Shown: in pieces, positions 38,361 through 48,139 of the stretch
Layout of the letters: the number at the start of each line of letters is the position of its first letter
How positions within the stretch are numbered: position 1 is the stretch's first letter
Origin: Terriglobia bacterium
Lineage (GTDB): Bacteria; Acidobacteriota; Terriglobia; UBA7540
Assembly (NCBI GenBank): GCA_036278555.1
Contig: DASUKV010000083.1
Coordinates: 1,073 to 65,072 of the forward strand
Length of the DNA: 64,000 nt
Direction of reading: 5' to 3'
Made by a program: the position numbers and the translations under genes
The notes under the pieces: generated by a model
Database searches by the model: none
What the model was told of the DNA's origin: nothing
The model's input: only the letters and a program-made list of their open reading frames with translations

Positions 38361-38997
38361 GAACTGAGTTAATTTCGAGCGACTGCGGACTCCCTTGGGT
38401 TGGCGGCGCGTGGATGGTCCTCCAGCCGCACGATATGGACAAAAGGTTGGAGCGGTTTAGGCGCCGCGCCGCGGTTTCCGCATTTCTTATTTCCATAGAA
38501 TCGTGCAGAGGTCTGCCCAAAATCACGGCGCCTCGCCCCGCCGCACGCTAACAAGTCGCCACCCGCAAATCTGTGCACAGCTGAGGTGCCCCTTTTGTGG
38601 CTCGGACGCGGTTCGTCTGCGCAAACAGCTCGAAACGGCGTATTCGGGCGGTGAAAGATCGTGTGCCGCGATGCCCGCCGGGAAAGTCGCTTTTCAAGAT
38701 GTGCGGTCAGTATGTTCGAGATGGCTGAATTCGAACCGCTGTGTGCCTGTACGTTTCCGAAGCGGGACGATGACGAGGATGAGGGCGAGGTTCAGGGTGA
38801 CGACAACTTGCCCCTTGGATGAGGCCTTTGCATGGGAAACCGGCTTGGTAATGAAGGCGATCGTCCGGGCCCAAGGGTGAGCGGCGTTTGAGTGGCCAAG
38901 CGCAGGAGGTTATGATCAGAACTGTGTATTTCGCATGGCGCGCGGGGCGTGTTCTGAGGGCGCCCTGAACATTCATTGCATCGCCCACGAGAAAGAA

Positions 38998-39180
38998 ATG
39001 ACCAAGAACGTCCAGCAGCAGCTTGAGCTTGCGCAGGCTCTTTTAAGGTTTGCGGTGCAAGCTCCCACCGCCGAGCAGCGTGACGATCACCTTCATCAAG
39101 CCAGGAACTGCGTCAACTTGGCGCTTTCCATGTTGCAGGACCTAGATCTGCGTTTACGTTCTCTCGCAGTGGAACGGTGA
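38998..39180 (+). CDS. Small hypothetical protein
   Basis: Short helical ORF; no other support. Confidence 0.35.
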   Translation: MTKNVQQQLELAQALLRFAVQAPTAEQRDDHLHQARNCVNLALSMLQDLDLRLRSLAVER

Positions 39181-39364
39181 AGGTCAGCGCCATCCTACAC
39201 CAGCCGGTTTAAGAAAGGCCAAGGACCCCTTGGGACCCTCGTGTCCTGCGCGGTTTGCGACAGGGTGGGGCCAGGGCCTGATTAATAATCTGCTGTTGGT
39301 GGACGCACCTATCTATATGTATCGGGTGGCGCTTCGGCTATACTACGTGGAGGAAGGAGGAATC

Positions 39365-39595
39365 ATGACAAAAGTCATCGAGGCTGTTTTCGACGGCGTG
39401 ACATTCCGCCCGGAGGAAGCACCTGATCTACCTCCAAATACTCGCGTACTTCTGACCATTGAAAGCCTGCAAACTCCTGATACGCCCGGATCGTTTTTGC
39501 GTACCGCCCGTGCATTAGCGCTGTCCGGCCCGCGCGATTGGTCGGCCAACATCGAGGATTACCTGCATGGCCGGAAGACTCATCCTGAGCAGTAG
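39365..39595 (+). CDS. Antitoxin, AF2212/DUF104-like
   Basis: 'IEAVFDGVTFRPEE..DLPPNTRV.LTI...GP.DWS.NI..YL'; upstream of a PIN toxin. Confidence 0.8.
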   Translation: MTKVIEAVFDGVTFRPEEAPDLPPNTRVLLTIESLQTPDTPGSFLRTARALALSGPRDWSANIEDYLHGRKTHPEQ

Positions 39596-40013
39596 CGTTT
39601 TTCTGGATACGGCATACGCAATCGCACTTGCCTCTGCCACCGACGAGTTCCATCCTCGGGCTCTAACGCTGGCCGAAGAATTGGAAGCGCGCGGGACCCG
39701 GATACTGACAACCTGGGCCGTGTTGCTGGAAATCGGAAACGCGCTTTCCAGGAGGGCGTATCGCCCGGCCGCGGTCCAACTGCTTTCGTCCCTCCGGACG
39801 GACCCAAATGTGGAAGTCATCGCGCTTTCAGACCAGGTTTTAGGGCAGGGGCTAAAGCTCTACTCTGAACGTCCCGATAAAGAATGGGGCCTCACCGATT
39901 GCATCTCGTTTGCGGTTATGAAGGCGCACGATGTGACAGAGGCTCTCACCACAGATGAGCATTTCCAGCAGGCTGGCTTCAAGGTACTGTTGCGTGAAAC
40001 CTTAGCGCCCTAA
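39567..40013 (+). CDS. vapC: PIN-domain toxin VapC
   Basis: 'VFLDTAYAIAL....D.FH', 'VLLEIGN', 'WGLTDCISF.VM', 'LTTDEHFQQAGF'. Confidence 0.9.
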   Translation: MAGRLILSSSVFLDTAYAIALASATDEFHPRALTLAEELEARGTRILTTWAVLLEIGNALSRRAYRPAAVQLLSSLRTDPNVEVIALSDQVLGQGLKLYSERPDKEWGLTDCISFAVMKAHDVTEALTTDEHFQQAGFKVLLRETLAP

Positions 40014-40130
40014 TCCGCTGCCCCTGACCGCGTATTACCCCTCTCCACGAACGGTTTTCCTCAGGTCTTTGAATTCGCTCGTTTTGCTTCAAGTCTTTTC
40101 GTAAGCGTTAGGAAGGAAGGAGACACTTCG

Positions 40131-40541
40131 GTGTCGAAATATTGCCAGATTGAAACGGTTTTGCGCGATGAGGAGTATCTCGTCGAGGCGCTTCGTGAAA
40201 TGGGCTACAAGCCGGAAGTGCATGCGGAGGGCGCCCAACTGAACTCCTATTACTCTGAGCAGGAAGCCAAGATCGCCCATGTCATCATCCGGCGACGGGA
40301 ATTGCCGGGAGCTTTCGGGGACATTGGTTTTGTGCGGCAGCCAGACGGCCAGTTGAGCAAGATCGGTGATGAACTGGACCGGCAATACGGGGCGCGATGG
40401 CTGGGCCGTGTGGAGCAGCTTTACAAGGAAAAGCAGACGCTGGCCACGGCTCGCGCCAAGGGATACATCCTCAAGAAGCGTGAAGTTGTGGAAACTTCCA
40501 CCGGGCAACAGGTGCGGCTGCAATTTGTGGTGCGGAGGTAA
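40131..40541 (+). CDS. DUF1257 (Ycf35-like) protein
   Basis: 'SKY..IET...D...L..AL.EMG', 'DIGF.R..DG', 'QLY......A..KGY'. Confidence 0.75.
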   Translation: MSKYCQIETVLRDEEYLVEALREMGYKPEVHAEGAQLNSYYSEQEAKIAHVIIRRRELPGAFGDIGFVRQPDGQLSKIGDELDRQYGARWLGRVEQLYKEKQTLATARAKGYILKKREVVETSTGQQVRLQFVVRR

Positions 40542-40544
40542 GCG

Positions 40545-40736
40545 ATGCCGGAAAAGACCATCACCATTACGATTGATGAGCAAGGGAGCTCGACGCTCGA
40601 TCTGGAAGGCTTCGTGGGCAAAGAGTGTGAGAAGGCGTTTGAGGACTTTCGGGGCGGCGACACCGTGAAGATGGAGCGAAAGAAGCCGGCGTATTGCACG
40701 AATCGGCAAGCTGAAGAGCAGAAGAGCCAACGGTGA
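40545..40736 (+). CDS. DUF2997 protein
   Basis: 'ITITIDEQG...DLEGFVGKEC'; adjacent to DUF1257. Confidence 0.75.
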   Translation: MPEKTITITIDEQGSSTLDLEGFVGKECEKAFEDFRGGDTVKMERKKPAYCTNRQAEEQKSQR

Positions 40737-40748
40737 AGGAGAACTTCC

Positions 40749-41354
40749 ATGCTTCTTCATGCATTAATTCCAGCGAGCCGCGCCAATGGCCCCGGGCTGC
40801 GGGCGGTGGTTTTCTTTCAAGGGTGCGCGCTGGGTTGCAAAGACTGTTGGAACCAGGATTCGCATCCTTTCCAGGGGCCGGATCTTGCGGTCGAAGCTGT
40901 GGCTCGCGAGGTGCTTCGCGCCAACGCGGAACATTCGCTCGAAGGCGTCACGTTCTCCGGCGGCGAGCCGATGCAGCAGGCAGACAGGGTATTGGCATTG
41001 ATTCGAACCATCCGCCGCCATGCGCCCGCGCTGACTTTCGGCATGTTCAGTGGCTACTCGGAGCGCGAGCTTACTGAAGGTCGATATTCGGTCTGGAACC
41101 GGCAGATGGCTCTCGAGGAAAAGCGACGCCTGTGGGACGCAACCCGCACCCACCTGGACTTCGCCGTGCTGGGCCGCTTCAACCCGGCGCTGCCCGGCAA
41201 CGAACCGCTCCGCACCAGCCGAAATCAAGTTCTCCGCCTCTTCAGCGGCCGATACACAGTGCCCGATTTTGACGAGCAGCTTGTCGAAGTCCATATTGAC
41301 GACAACGGTCGCGCGGAAATCACCGGCTTCCCATTGCTCGGCCTGCCTTGGTAA
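40749..41354 (+). CDS. NrdG-like radical SAM 4Fe-4S protein
   Basis: 'NGPG.RAVVFFQGC.LGC.DCWN', 'GVTFSGGEPMQQ', 'FSGY', 'R.S.NQ'. Confidence 0.88.
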   Translation: MLLHALIPASRANGPGLRAVVFFQGCALGCKDCWNQDSHPFQGPDLAVEAVAREVLRANAEHSLEGVTFSGGEPMQQADRVLALIRTIRRHAPALTFGMFSGYSERELTEGRYSVWNRQMALEEKRRLWDATRTHLDFAVLGRFNPALPGNEPLRTSRNQVLRLFSGRYTVPDFDEQLVEVHIDDNGRAEITGFPLLGLPW

Positions 41355-41417
41355 AAACGCCCCCGCCTCTCGCCCTGGTCTCCCCTTCATAATTTTCTTC
41401 TGAAAGGAGCCCCTCCG

Positions 41418-42953
41418 ATGATCCGTTCGATGGAGGAGTTTGCGTCGGCGTTCCGCGCCGCGCGCAGCGTATCAACGCCGTTGGTGGCGATCCGCACGGC
41501 CGACCCGGCGAGCACAACCCGTTTGATAACGGATGCCGTCAGGCAGCATCGGCCGGTTCCCGGGGTCGTGGCTTGGGATGTCATGCGCGGCATGCGCGCC
41601 GTCAGCAAAGATGCCGGCGATGCCTTAGCACATGCGTTGGGCAATCGCGAGCCCGACGCCGTGGGGCCCGCCGACGCCTTGCTCGTGGCGCGGGAACTTG
41701 CGGAGGACGCTGTATTACTCTACGCAAACGCGCATCGGTTCTGGAACGAATCGGGCGTCATGCAGGGAGTCTGGAACCTGCGCGACGCCTTCAAGGTAAA
41801 TGGCCGGCTGCTGGTGCTATTCGCTTCGCCCGGCGCAACCCTGCCACCGGAGCTGGCACAAGATGTCCTGGTGCTGGACGAGCCTTTGCCGTCAGAGGAT
41901 CACCTGGAGCGCATCGTGACGGGAACATTTCACGACGCCGGCCTGGATGATCCGGATAGTGCGCTACTTGGCAAGGCGATCGATGCCTTGATGGGCCTGG
42001 CGGCCTTCCCAGCCGAACAGTCGCTTGCCATGTCGCTGGTCAAGGGCGCACTCGACCCGGAAGACTTGTGGGAGCGGAAGCGGCAGATTATCGAGCAGAC
42101 ACCAGGCCTCTCGGTCTGGCGGGGCGGAGAAACTTTTGATGATCTTGGCGGCCTCGATAACGTGAAGCGCTTTTTGCGGGCCGTGCTCGCGGGCGTCGAT
42201 CCGCCGCGCGTCATCGTTTTCATCGACGAGATTGAGAAAGCGTTTGCCGGGACCGGCACCGACCTCTCGGGTGTCAAGACCGAGATGGCAGGCACGATGC
42301 TCACCTGGATGCAGAACCACGAGGCCGATGGGACGATCTTCATAGGCCCACCCGGCGCAGCGAAGTCGGCAGCCGCGAAGGCTACCGGAAACACCGCCGG
42401 CATCCCCACCATCGCGTTTGATCTGACGGCGATGGAGAGTTCCCTGGTTGGAGCATCTGGCGACCGCTTGCGGACGGCGCTCAAGGTGGTGGAGGCCGTC
42501 TCGCAGGGGCGCGCGCTGTTTATCGCCACGTGCAATTCCATCACCAGCCTGCCGCCCGAGCTGCGGCGGCGCTTCACGCTGGGCACTTTCTTCTTCGACC
42601 TTCCCACGGCTGAGGAGCGTGAGGCGATCTGGGCGATCTATTTCAAGAAGTATGGTCTGTCCGGCGAGCTGCCGAACGACCAGGGTTGGACCGGGGCGGA
42701 AATCAAAGAGTGCTGCCGGAAGGCGTACCGGCTGGAGCTGAGCCTGGTGGAAGCCTCGCAGTACATCGTTCCGGTGTCACGCTCCGCCGCCGGGCAAATC
42801 AAGGCGTTGCGTCAGATGGCGTCGGGGAAATTTATCAGCGCTTCGAAGCCCGGCGTCTACCATTACGAGGAAGAAACCCCGCCACCGCCGCGCCGGATGA
42901 TCCGGTTGAACGAGCCACTCACGGTCCTTCCACCTCCGCGCACCGAGGCGTGA
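41418..42953 (+). CDS. Ycf46-like AAA+ ATPase with swapped Walker B / Walker A segments
   Basis: Inactive N-terminal AAA-like domain, then FDDLGGL, FIDEIEK (about 42225), GPPGAAKS (about 42345), IATCN, LPPELRRRF, FFDLP, WTGAEI. Confidence 0.85.
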   Translation: MIRSMEEFASAFRAARSVSTPLVAIRTADPASTTRLITDAVRQHRPVPGVVAWDVMRGMRAVSKDAGDALAHALGNREPDAVGPADALLVARELAEDAVLLYANAHRFWNESGVMQGVWNLRDAFKVNGRLLVLFASPGATLPPELAQDVLVLDEPLPSEDHLERIVTGTFHDAGLDDPDSALLGKAIDALMGLAAFPAEQSLAMSLVKGALDPEDLWERKRQIIEQTPGLSVWRGGETFDDLGGLDNVKRFLRAVLAGVDPPRVIVFIDEIEKAFAGTGTDLSGVKTEMAGTMLTWMQNHEADGTIFIGPPGAAKSAAAKATGNTAGIPTIAFDLTAMESSLVGASGDRLRTALKVVEAVSQGRALFIATCNSITSLPPELRRRFTLGTFFFDLPTAEEREAIWAIYFKKYGLSGELPNDQGWTGAEIKECCRKAYRLELSLVEASQYIVPVSRSAAGQIKALRQMASGKFISASKPGVYHYEEETPPPPRRMIRLNEPLTVLPPPRTEA

Positions 42954-43116
42954 TCATCGCAACGCGCTTCAGCAGTGTACTCAAGGCATAACGAACAGCC
43001 GCCGTGAAGTCCGCCCTTCCCGGCGCCATCCTTTCGTTCAACTCATTCAACCGTTACGGCTACCCGTTTGAAGGCCGTCCTGTCGGCCTACCATCTCTCT
43101 TTCTGGAGGTTCATCC

Positions 43117-44034
43117 ATGGCTACAGCACCCCTGATCTTTGATCTTCAAACGCCCGGAGACGACCTGGCTCGCAAGACCGTTTTCGTCAAGCTTCGCCTG
43201 GGCCTGCTGGGCAATAGCCGTAAGGTCAGCCCGGCTCAAGTCGAAGTCGACGCCGACAAAGCCTCTATCCATGTGTCCAAATCCCTGCTGAATTCTTGTG
43301 AGCTTGAGGCCATTCGCCGGCTTGACGGCGAGATGCGCCGGTACTTGTACGGCGTCTGCCTCCCGTTCGAGCCCGGCATTCACCTGCTTCCGATTCCTTT
43401 GATCGAAACGGTGGACAGCAGGCTGCGTGAGTTTCAGGGGAAGCGCCAGGAGTTGGTCGAGGTGTTTCTGGCTGCGTACCCGAGGCTTTGCGAAGAGGCT
43501 GCCAGCAGGTTGCGCACGCTTTACAATCCGCTCGATTACGCTGCGGTTGAGGAAGTCCGCTCGGCCTTTTCCTGTTCGTGGCAATACGTCAGTTATGGCG
43601 TTCCAGACCAGCTTCGCGCCGTCTCGGAACGGATGTTCCAGGAGGAACGCGACAAGGCAGCGGACCGTATGGCCGAAGCCTACACCGAAGTCCGGCAGGT
43701 GTTGCGGGAGGCGATGGCCGAGCTGGTGGCCCATTTGCGAGACCGGCTCGCCGACCAGCCAGACGGCACGCCACAGCGGGTGCGCGAATCCACCGTCCAG
43801 AAACTGAGGGAGTTTCTGGATACGTTCGATTTCCGCAACGTGACGAACGATCAGGAACTGAAGGACCAAGTCGAGCGGGCACGAGGGTTGTTGGCCGGAA
43901 CAACGACGGACGCAATCCGCAACACGGCGGAGTTGCGGGTAAGGGTAAGGGACGGCATGGCGAATATTGCCGGGCGTCTCGAAACGATGGTTTCCGATCG
44001 GGTGGGACGGAAGTTCCGCCTTGACGAAGCGTGA
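43117..44034 (+). CDS. DUF3150-like helical protein
   Basis: 'SKSLL', 'G..LLP', 'F...YP', 'YNPLDY...EVR..F' then a helical C-terminus; RBS GGAGG. Confidence 0.65.
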   Translation: MATAPLIFDLQTPGDDLARKTVFVKLRLGLLGNSRKVSPAQVEVDADKASIHVSKSLLNSCELEAIRRLDGEMRRYLYGVCLPFEPGIHLLPIPLIETVDSRLREFQGKRQELVEVFLAAYPRLCEEAASRLRTLYNPLDYAAVEEVRSAFSCSWQYVSYGVPDQLRAVSERMFQEERDKAADRMAEAYTEVRQVLREAMAELVAHLRDRLADQPDGTPQRVRESTVQKLREFLDTFDFRNVTNDQELKDQVERARGLLAGTTTDAIRNTAELRVRVRDGMANIAGRLETMVSDRVGRKFRLDEA

Positions 44035-44389
44035 AGTGCGCCGCGAGGGCACGGTGGGTGAGAGGTCAGAAATTGAATGGACGGACGCGACCTGGAATCC
44101 TGTTGTGGCGTTCAACCGGCGGTCCGGGAAACGGTGCTAGCTCTGCACGTAGGCGAGCGAAGGATGCCAGTTCGGCAATGCGGAGCGGATCAAGCGCGCG
44201 CTCGGAAAGGCCACAAGCGGGCAGGTCGGCTCCCGGATGGACACGAATGGAATGAATTTTCGGCGGCACGCTGAGCGTGGCGAACAAGGAATAACAGTTT
44301 GGCGCGGATGCGGAAGTTGGCGCCCGTGCCACCGAACGGCCCACGGTCCCGCAAGATCGTGTGCCGCCCGCGCGAAAGGTTACGGAACC

Positions 44390-44839
44390 ATGCGAAGGGC
44401 CGATGGACGGGTTAGTGAAAGAGCGGTTCGTAAAGCTGAATTGCGGCCTGAAGAGCAAGCCATTGTGTCGAAATATCCTCCTCCGTCAGCGATGGAGCCG
44501 GAGCCTGACGACCTTCGAGCCTTCGCGGATGGGCTGAAGTCGAAACCCGAGCGAGCTCACATCGAGAAAGCGTACAGCGAGGCGGTCGAGTTCGAAAAGT
44601 ATTGGGGTGCGGTGTACGAAGATCTTCGGGTGCACGGAGTCAGAGCTCTTGAAAACTATTACGAGGACGCTGACTTCGGAGAAGTGGGCAGCAAGATCGA
44701 GGCGCTCGAAGCGATTCTTTGGGCCTTGCGCTGCGACATTCTACGATCAAGACGCGATCAACGCGCCATGGAGCTGAAGTACGCCTTCCGGGCCGCACCA
44801 GACAAACGCGCGGCATTTACTCAGATGGTTCTCTTTTGA
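44390..44839 (+). CDS. Hypothetical protein ending in a QxxLF motif (start uncertain)
   Basis: Protein-like C-terminal part of ORF 44237..44839; ends TQMVLF. Confidence 0.5.
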   Translation: MRRADGRVSERAVRKAELRPEEQAIVSKYPPPSAMEPEPDDLRAFADGLKSKPERAHIEKAYSEAVEFEKYWGAVYEDLRVHGVRALENYYEDADFGEVGSKIEALEAILWALRCDILRSRRDQRAMELKYAFRAAPDKRAAFTQMVLF

Positions 44840-44871
44840 GTCAAGGGAACTATGGCCGGGGAGGGGACGCC

Positions 44872-45126
44872 ATGACTCGACTGATTGATCGCCGCACGCG
44901 GCTGATGTTCGAGACACCGTTTCTGATTGGCAAGCGGCCGCTCATCGCAGCGATTGAGCCCTGGGGCTTGCGACTTCGCGAAAAAGGGCGACGCGGTAGC
45001 GACCTGCCTATGACGTGGGCGCAGGTGTGGAACCGGGCGGCCATGATCGCTGCCCCAGGTTCGAGCGGAAACCAACAAGGAGGATTCAACAACGAGAAGG
45101 ACATTCAGAAAGGAGAAAGTTCATCT
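44872..45126 (+). CDS. Small hypothetical domain, in frame with ssb with no stop between them
   Basis: ATG at 44872 with GGAGG RBS; reads through into ssb. Confidence 0.45.
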
Positions 45127-45585
45127 ATGAGCGTAAACAGGGTAATATTAATTGGCCGGGTGGGAAAGGACCCGGAGGTCAAGTATGCGGCTTCTGATAT
45201 GCCAATCTGCCGGTTCCCGCTGGCTACCAACGAGAGATTCAAGGACAAGGCAGGCGAACGTCAGGAACACACCGAGTGGCATTCGATCGTTGCGTGGGGC
45301 CGGCTCGCAGAAATTTGTGGTCAGTACCTCACGAAGGCGAAGCTCGTCTACATCGAAGGAACCATCCGCACCCGGAAGTGGGACGACAAGGACGGAAAGG
45401 AACGTAAATCCTTCGACATCGTTGCCAACCAGATGAGGATGCTGTCCTCTTCAAACGGGGACGGGACGAAATCTAAAGCTGAAAGCGCCAAGCCCGCGCC
45501 TCCGATCGGAGCTTCTCAGACCACAGCTCAACCGTCGTACGAGGACAACCCCTTCGAAGCTGACCCATCGGATGTTCCATTTTAG
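45127..45585 (+). CDS. ssb: Single-stranded DNA-binding protein
   Basis: MSVNRVILIGRVGKDPE, TEWH.IV.WG.LAE, YIEG.IRTRKW, acidic tail DVPF; own RBS AAGGAG. Confidence 0.95.
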   Translation: MSVNRVILIGRVGKDPEVKYAASDMPICRFPLATNERFKDKAGERQEHTEWHSIVAWGRLAEICGQYLTKAKLVYIEGTIRTRKWDDKDGKERKSFDIVANQMRMLSSSNGDGTKSKAESAKPAPPIGASQTTAQPSYEDNPFEADPSDVPF

Positions 45586-45659
45586 GGTCATCGAGCCCTA
45601 TCCTTAGCAGGGTTCGAATTCGCTGGGGGCTGGCCTGAGGCTCTTTGGCCGGCCAACCC

Positions 45660-46079
45660 CTATTCTTGGTTTTTACCGGAGACAATGCGGGCGCGACCCA
45701 TGGCCTTGCACGCCAAACTTCTGGTGCGGAGGCTTGTATAGTGTGCGATAGCCTCATAATCCCGGTCCTTGCGCCACACCAGCGTGCGGGTTTCAATTGC
45801 GATGGCGGCAATGAGGCAGTCTGCCGAGGACCGAATGGTGTAGTCCGTGGCTTGTCCGAGCCGGTAAATCCCGACGGCGGACAATGAACCGCTCAGGGCG
45901 GCAAGGCCAATAAAGCCCCTGTGAAATGCGTCGTTCGCCGGATGGCTGCAGATTCCTTACAGAACCTCTTAGTCAATGGGTTCGCAGGCGGCAAAATTGG
46001 CCAGAGCTTCTTCAGAAATTCTCGATCCCAGCCGTCTACTCAACAATTCGATCCAGACGGACGCGTCGACCAACCTCAT
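45660..46079 (-). pseudogene. vapC: VapC PIN toxin pseudogene
   Basis: MRLVDASVWIE... in frame with IRSSADCLIAAIAIE...KDRDYEAIA, interrupted by two TAA codons. Confidence 0.75.
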
Positions 46080-46317
46080 CGGCGGCCTCGCATTGGACGT
46101 TTAGCGTGAGCGCGCCCTTCCACCCTGTCCTCGCACATTTCCTCGAGACTTCCCTGCCAAAGCCCACGGCCAAAGAACTGGGGTAGGATCTGAATCTTGC
46201 GAATCGGAGGACCTCCGCCAAGGCCAGATTGATGGTGGCCGAGTAGGTCTTCACTCCCAGCACGGTCGTCGCTTGGTCGAGAAGTTCCGGATCTAACACA
46301 AGATTGGTACGTTTTAT
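46080..46317 (-). pseudogene. vapB: VapB antitoxin pseudogene
   Basis: (ATA)KRTNLVLDPELL..A...LG.KT...TIN.AL.E, then a frameshift to RKIQ..PQFFG.GLWQGSLEEM.EDR. Confidence 0.7.
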
Positions 46318-46577
46318 GCGCAATAGTATACGCCCTGAGGCCCGGCGTGCGGCCGTATGAACCAGCCGGCGCTCGGCTAACCGCGTGGGCTCCATTGAAT
46401 TCAGGCTAAGCAGTCAAGCCTCGTTCTGCCGTGCTCTGATTCGCGCAAGGCTCGCGCGACGCGAGGCCGGCCTTTTTGGCAAATTCCTTTCAGTATGCGT
46501 GTCAGCGAAATACAGGCTAAGTCAAGCGGCGGCGACGGGGCGTTCGGAAATGGCAACACAATCGCAGGGAGGCAAAG

Positions 46578-46964
46578 ATGGCAGACGATTTTACGCGCAT
46601 TGTGGAGGAGTACGAGGCAAGCCGGAAGCGGGAGAGGGATGCAGCTCGGGAAGCCTTGCTTGCTCTATCCGTGGAGCTCCGGGCCGTCGGAGTAAGCAAC
46701 GTTTGCGCGACCTTCAACGGCTACGGAGACGAAGGAACGATTGAGAGTGTCGAGTTTCTCGATGCCCAGGGAGAGCTTGTGACCAGCGAGTGGCCGGAGC
46801 GGTTCCCTAATTTGCAAGAGAGCTTCTACTCCCTGCTTCCTGCCGGTTACGAGCAGAACGAAGGCAGTTCAGGAACGGTGTCGCTCGACGTAGAGCACGG
46901 CCACGTCGTGGTCGATGTCAACTGGAATGTCACCACTACCGAAAATGAGCACTACGAGGTATAG
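46578..46964 (+). CDS. DUF6878-like protein
   Basis: 'L..VGV..V.ATFNGYGDEG.IE', 'GYEQNEG..G.V..DV'; paired with DUF6915. Confidence 0.7.
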   Translation: MADDFTRIVEEYEASRKRERDAAREALLALSVELRAVGVSNVCATFNGYGDEGTIESVEFLDAQGELVTSEWPERFPNLQESFYSLLPAGYEQNEGSSGTVSLDVEHGHVVVDVNWNVTTTENEHYEV

Positions 46965-46966
46965 CC

Positions 46967-47380
46967 ATGGCCCATCCGATCCGGCACGCGGAATCATCCG
47001 CACGCAAATTTGGAGGCAAGGCGGAGGATTACCTTGCAGTTCACAGCTGGTTTGACGAGTCGAAAGCCTTCTTTCCGGACTTCCGGCACCGTGCATTGAG
47101 GCATCATAGCCAGGGGATCTTCATGGCGGAGCGCTTGTTTGGGGCGAGCCTCGTCAACAGCGATGGTAGAGTCGTCGCCGTCCGCTATCTCGGCGAACAA
47201 CATGTCAGAGAGGACTTAGGCCGCATTCCCACGCTTCAGGATTGGCTGGTGAACCTGAAGCCGGCGCCGTGGATGTACGGCCAAAAGCTCGAGTTGGAGA
47301 ATGAAGTAGGTCAGCCGTCGTCCGGCCAATCCGACGGTGGACATAACGAAAAGAGGCGAACCGCCGAGGAGAACCAATAG
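46967..47380 (+). CDS. DUF6915-like protein
   Basis: MAHP..HA.SSARKFGG..EDY..VH.WFDESK...DFRHRALRHH..GIF...EQHV.EDLG.IP...DW. Confidence 0.8.
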   Translation: MAHPIRHAESSARKFGGKAEDYLAVHSWFDESKAFFPDFRHRALRHHSQGIFMAERLFGASLVNSDGRVVAVRYLGEQHVREDLGRIPTLQDWLVNLKPAPWMYGQKLELENEVGQPSSGQSDGGHNEKRRTAEENQ

Positions 47381-47471
47381 AAGTCTGACCGGGCGCTCTT
47401 ATCACGCCACGCTTCTTTGGGCTGACAACCCACATCTGGCATGTTACTCTTATCACAGCAGGAGTTAGACT

Positions 47472-48023
47472 ATGGCTACAAAAACTTTGCTAACGGTTCA
47501 AGATTATGCAGCGCTTGAAGAGCCGGTGGGTGTGCGCTACGAACTCAGCAACGGGGAGCTCATTGTGACACCGTCAGCCAGCCAGTTTCACAATCGAAAG
47601 CGGGATGACTTCAATAGCTTCCTGTGGGCCTTCGTGAAAGAGCGCAAACTGGGCGAGGTGACCAGCGAGACGGACCTGATATTAGCGGAGGATATTGTCC
47701 GGAGACCTGATGTGGCTTTTATTCGCGCGGACCGTCTCAAGGGAATTGACCTCGATCAATCCCCGTTGCCTGTCGCTCCTGACTTAGCAATTGAAATTGT
47801 CTCCAAAAACGACCGCGCCGATGACCTGATGCTGAAGGTGTCGCAATACCTTCAGGCGGGCGCCAAGGCCGTGTGGCTCATGTACCCGAAGACCCACTTC
47901 GCCTATCGCTATGTTCCCGGCAAACTCGAACCGGAAGTTCGCACCGCCGAGGCCGGAGATAAATTCGAGGAGCCGGGATTATTGCCCGGATTTGTCCTTC
48001 CGCTCACTCAGATTTTCAGCTAA
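47472..48023 (+). CDS. Uma2 (DUF820) family endonuclease
   Basis: 'YELSNGEL...P....H', 'RRPDVAF', 'PDLAIEIVS.ND', 'K...YL.AG...VW'. Confidence 0.9.
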   Translation: MATKTLLTVQDYAALEEPVGVRYELSNGELIVTPSASQFHNRKRDDFNSFLWAFVKERKLGEVTSETDLILAEDIVRRPDVAFIRADRLKGIDLDQSPLPVAPDLAIEIVSKNDRADDLMLKVSQYLQAGAKAVWLMYPKTHFAYRYVPGKLEPEVRTAEAGDKFEEPGLLPGFVLPLTQIFS

Positions 48024-48139
48024 CTTCCGCTCCCGTCCCGTCGCTGCATCCCAAACTGGCCTCACCGTAATCTTCTGATTTCCGGTATTGCTGGACGCTC
48101 GTCGTCTTGCCAGACAGGGCGCTCAACCACAGTCTTCCT

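Noticed and set aside
38357-38990. ORFs after dnaN, including a CPFCG motif
   Set aside because: No clear start or second Cys pair; possibly a remnant but unsupported.
44035-44390. Possible ncRNA or gene after DUF3150
   Set aside because: No convincing stems, repeats or protein motifs found by eye.
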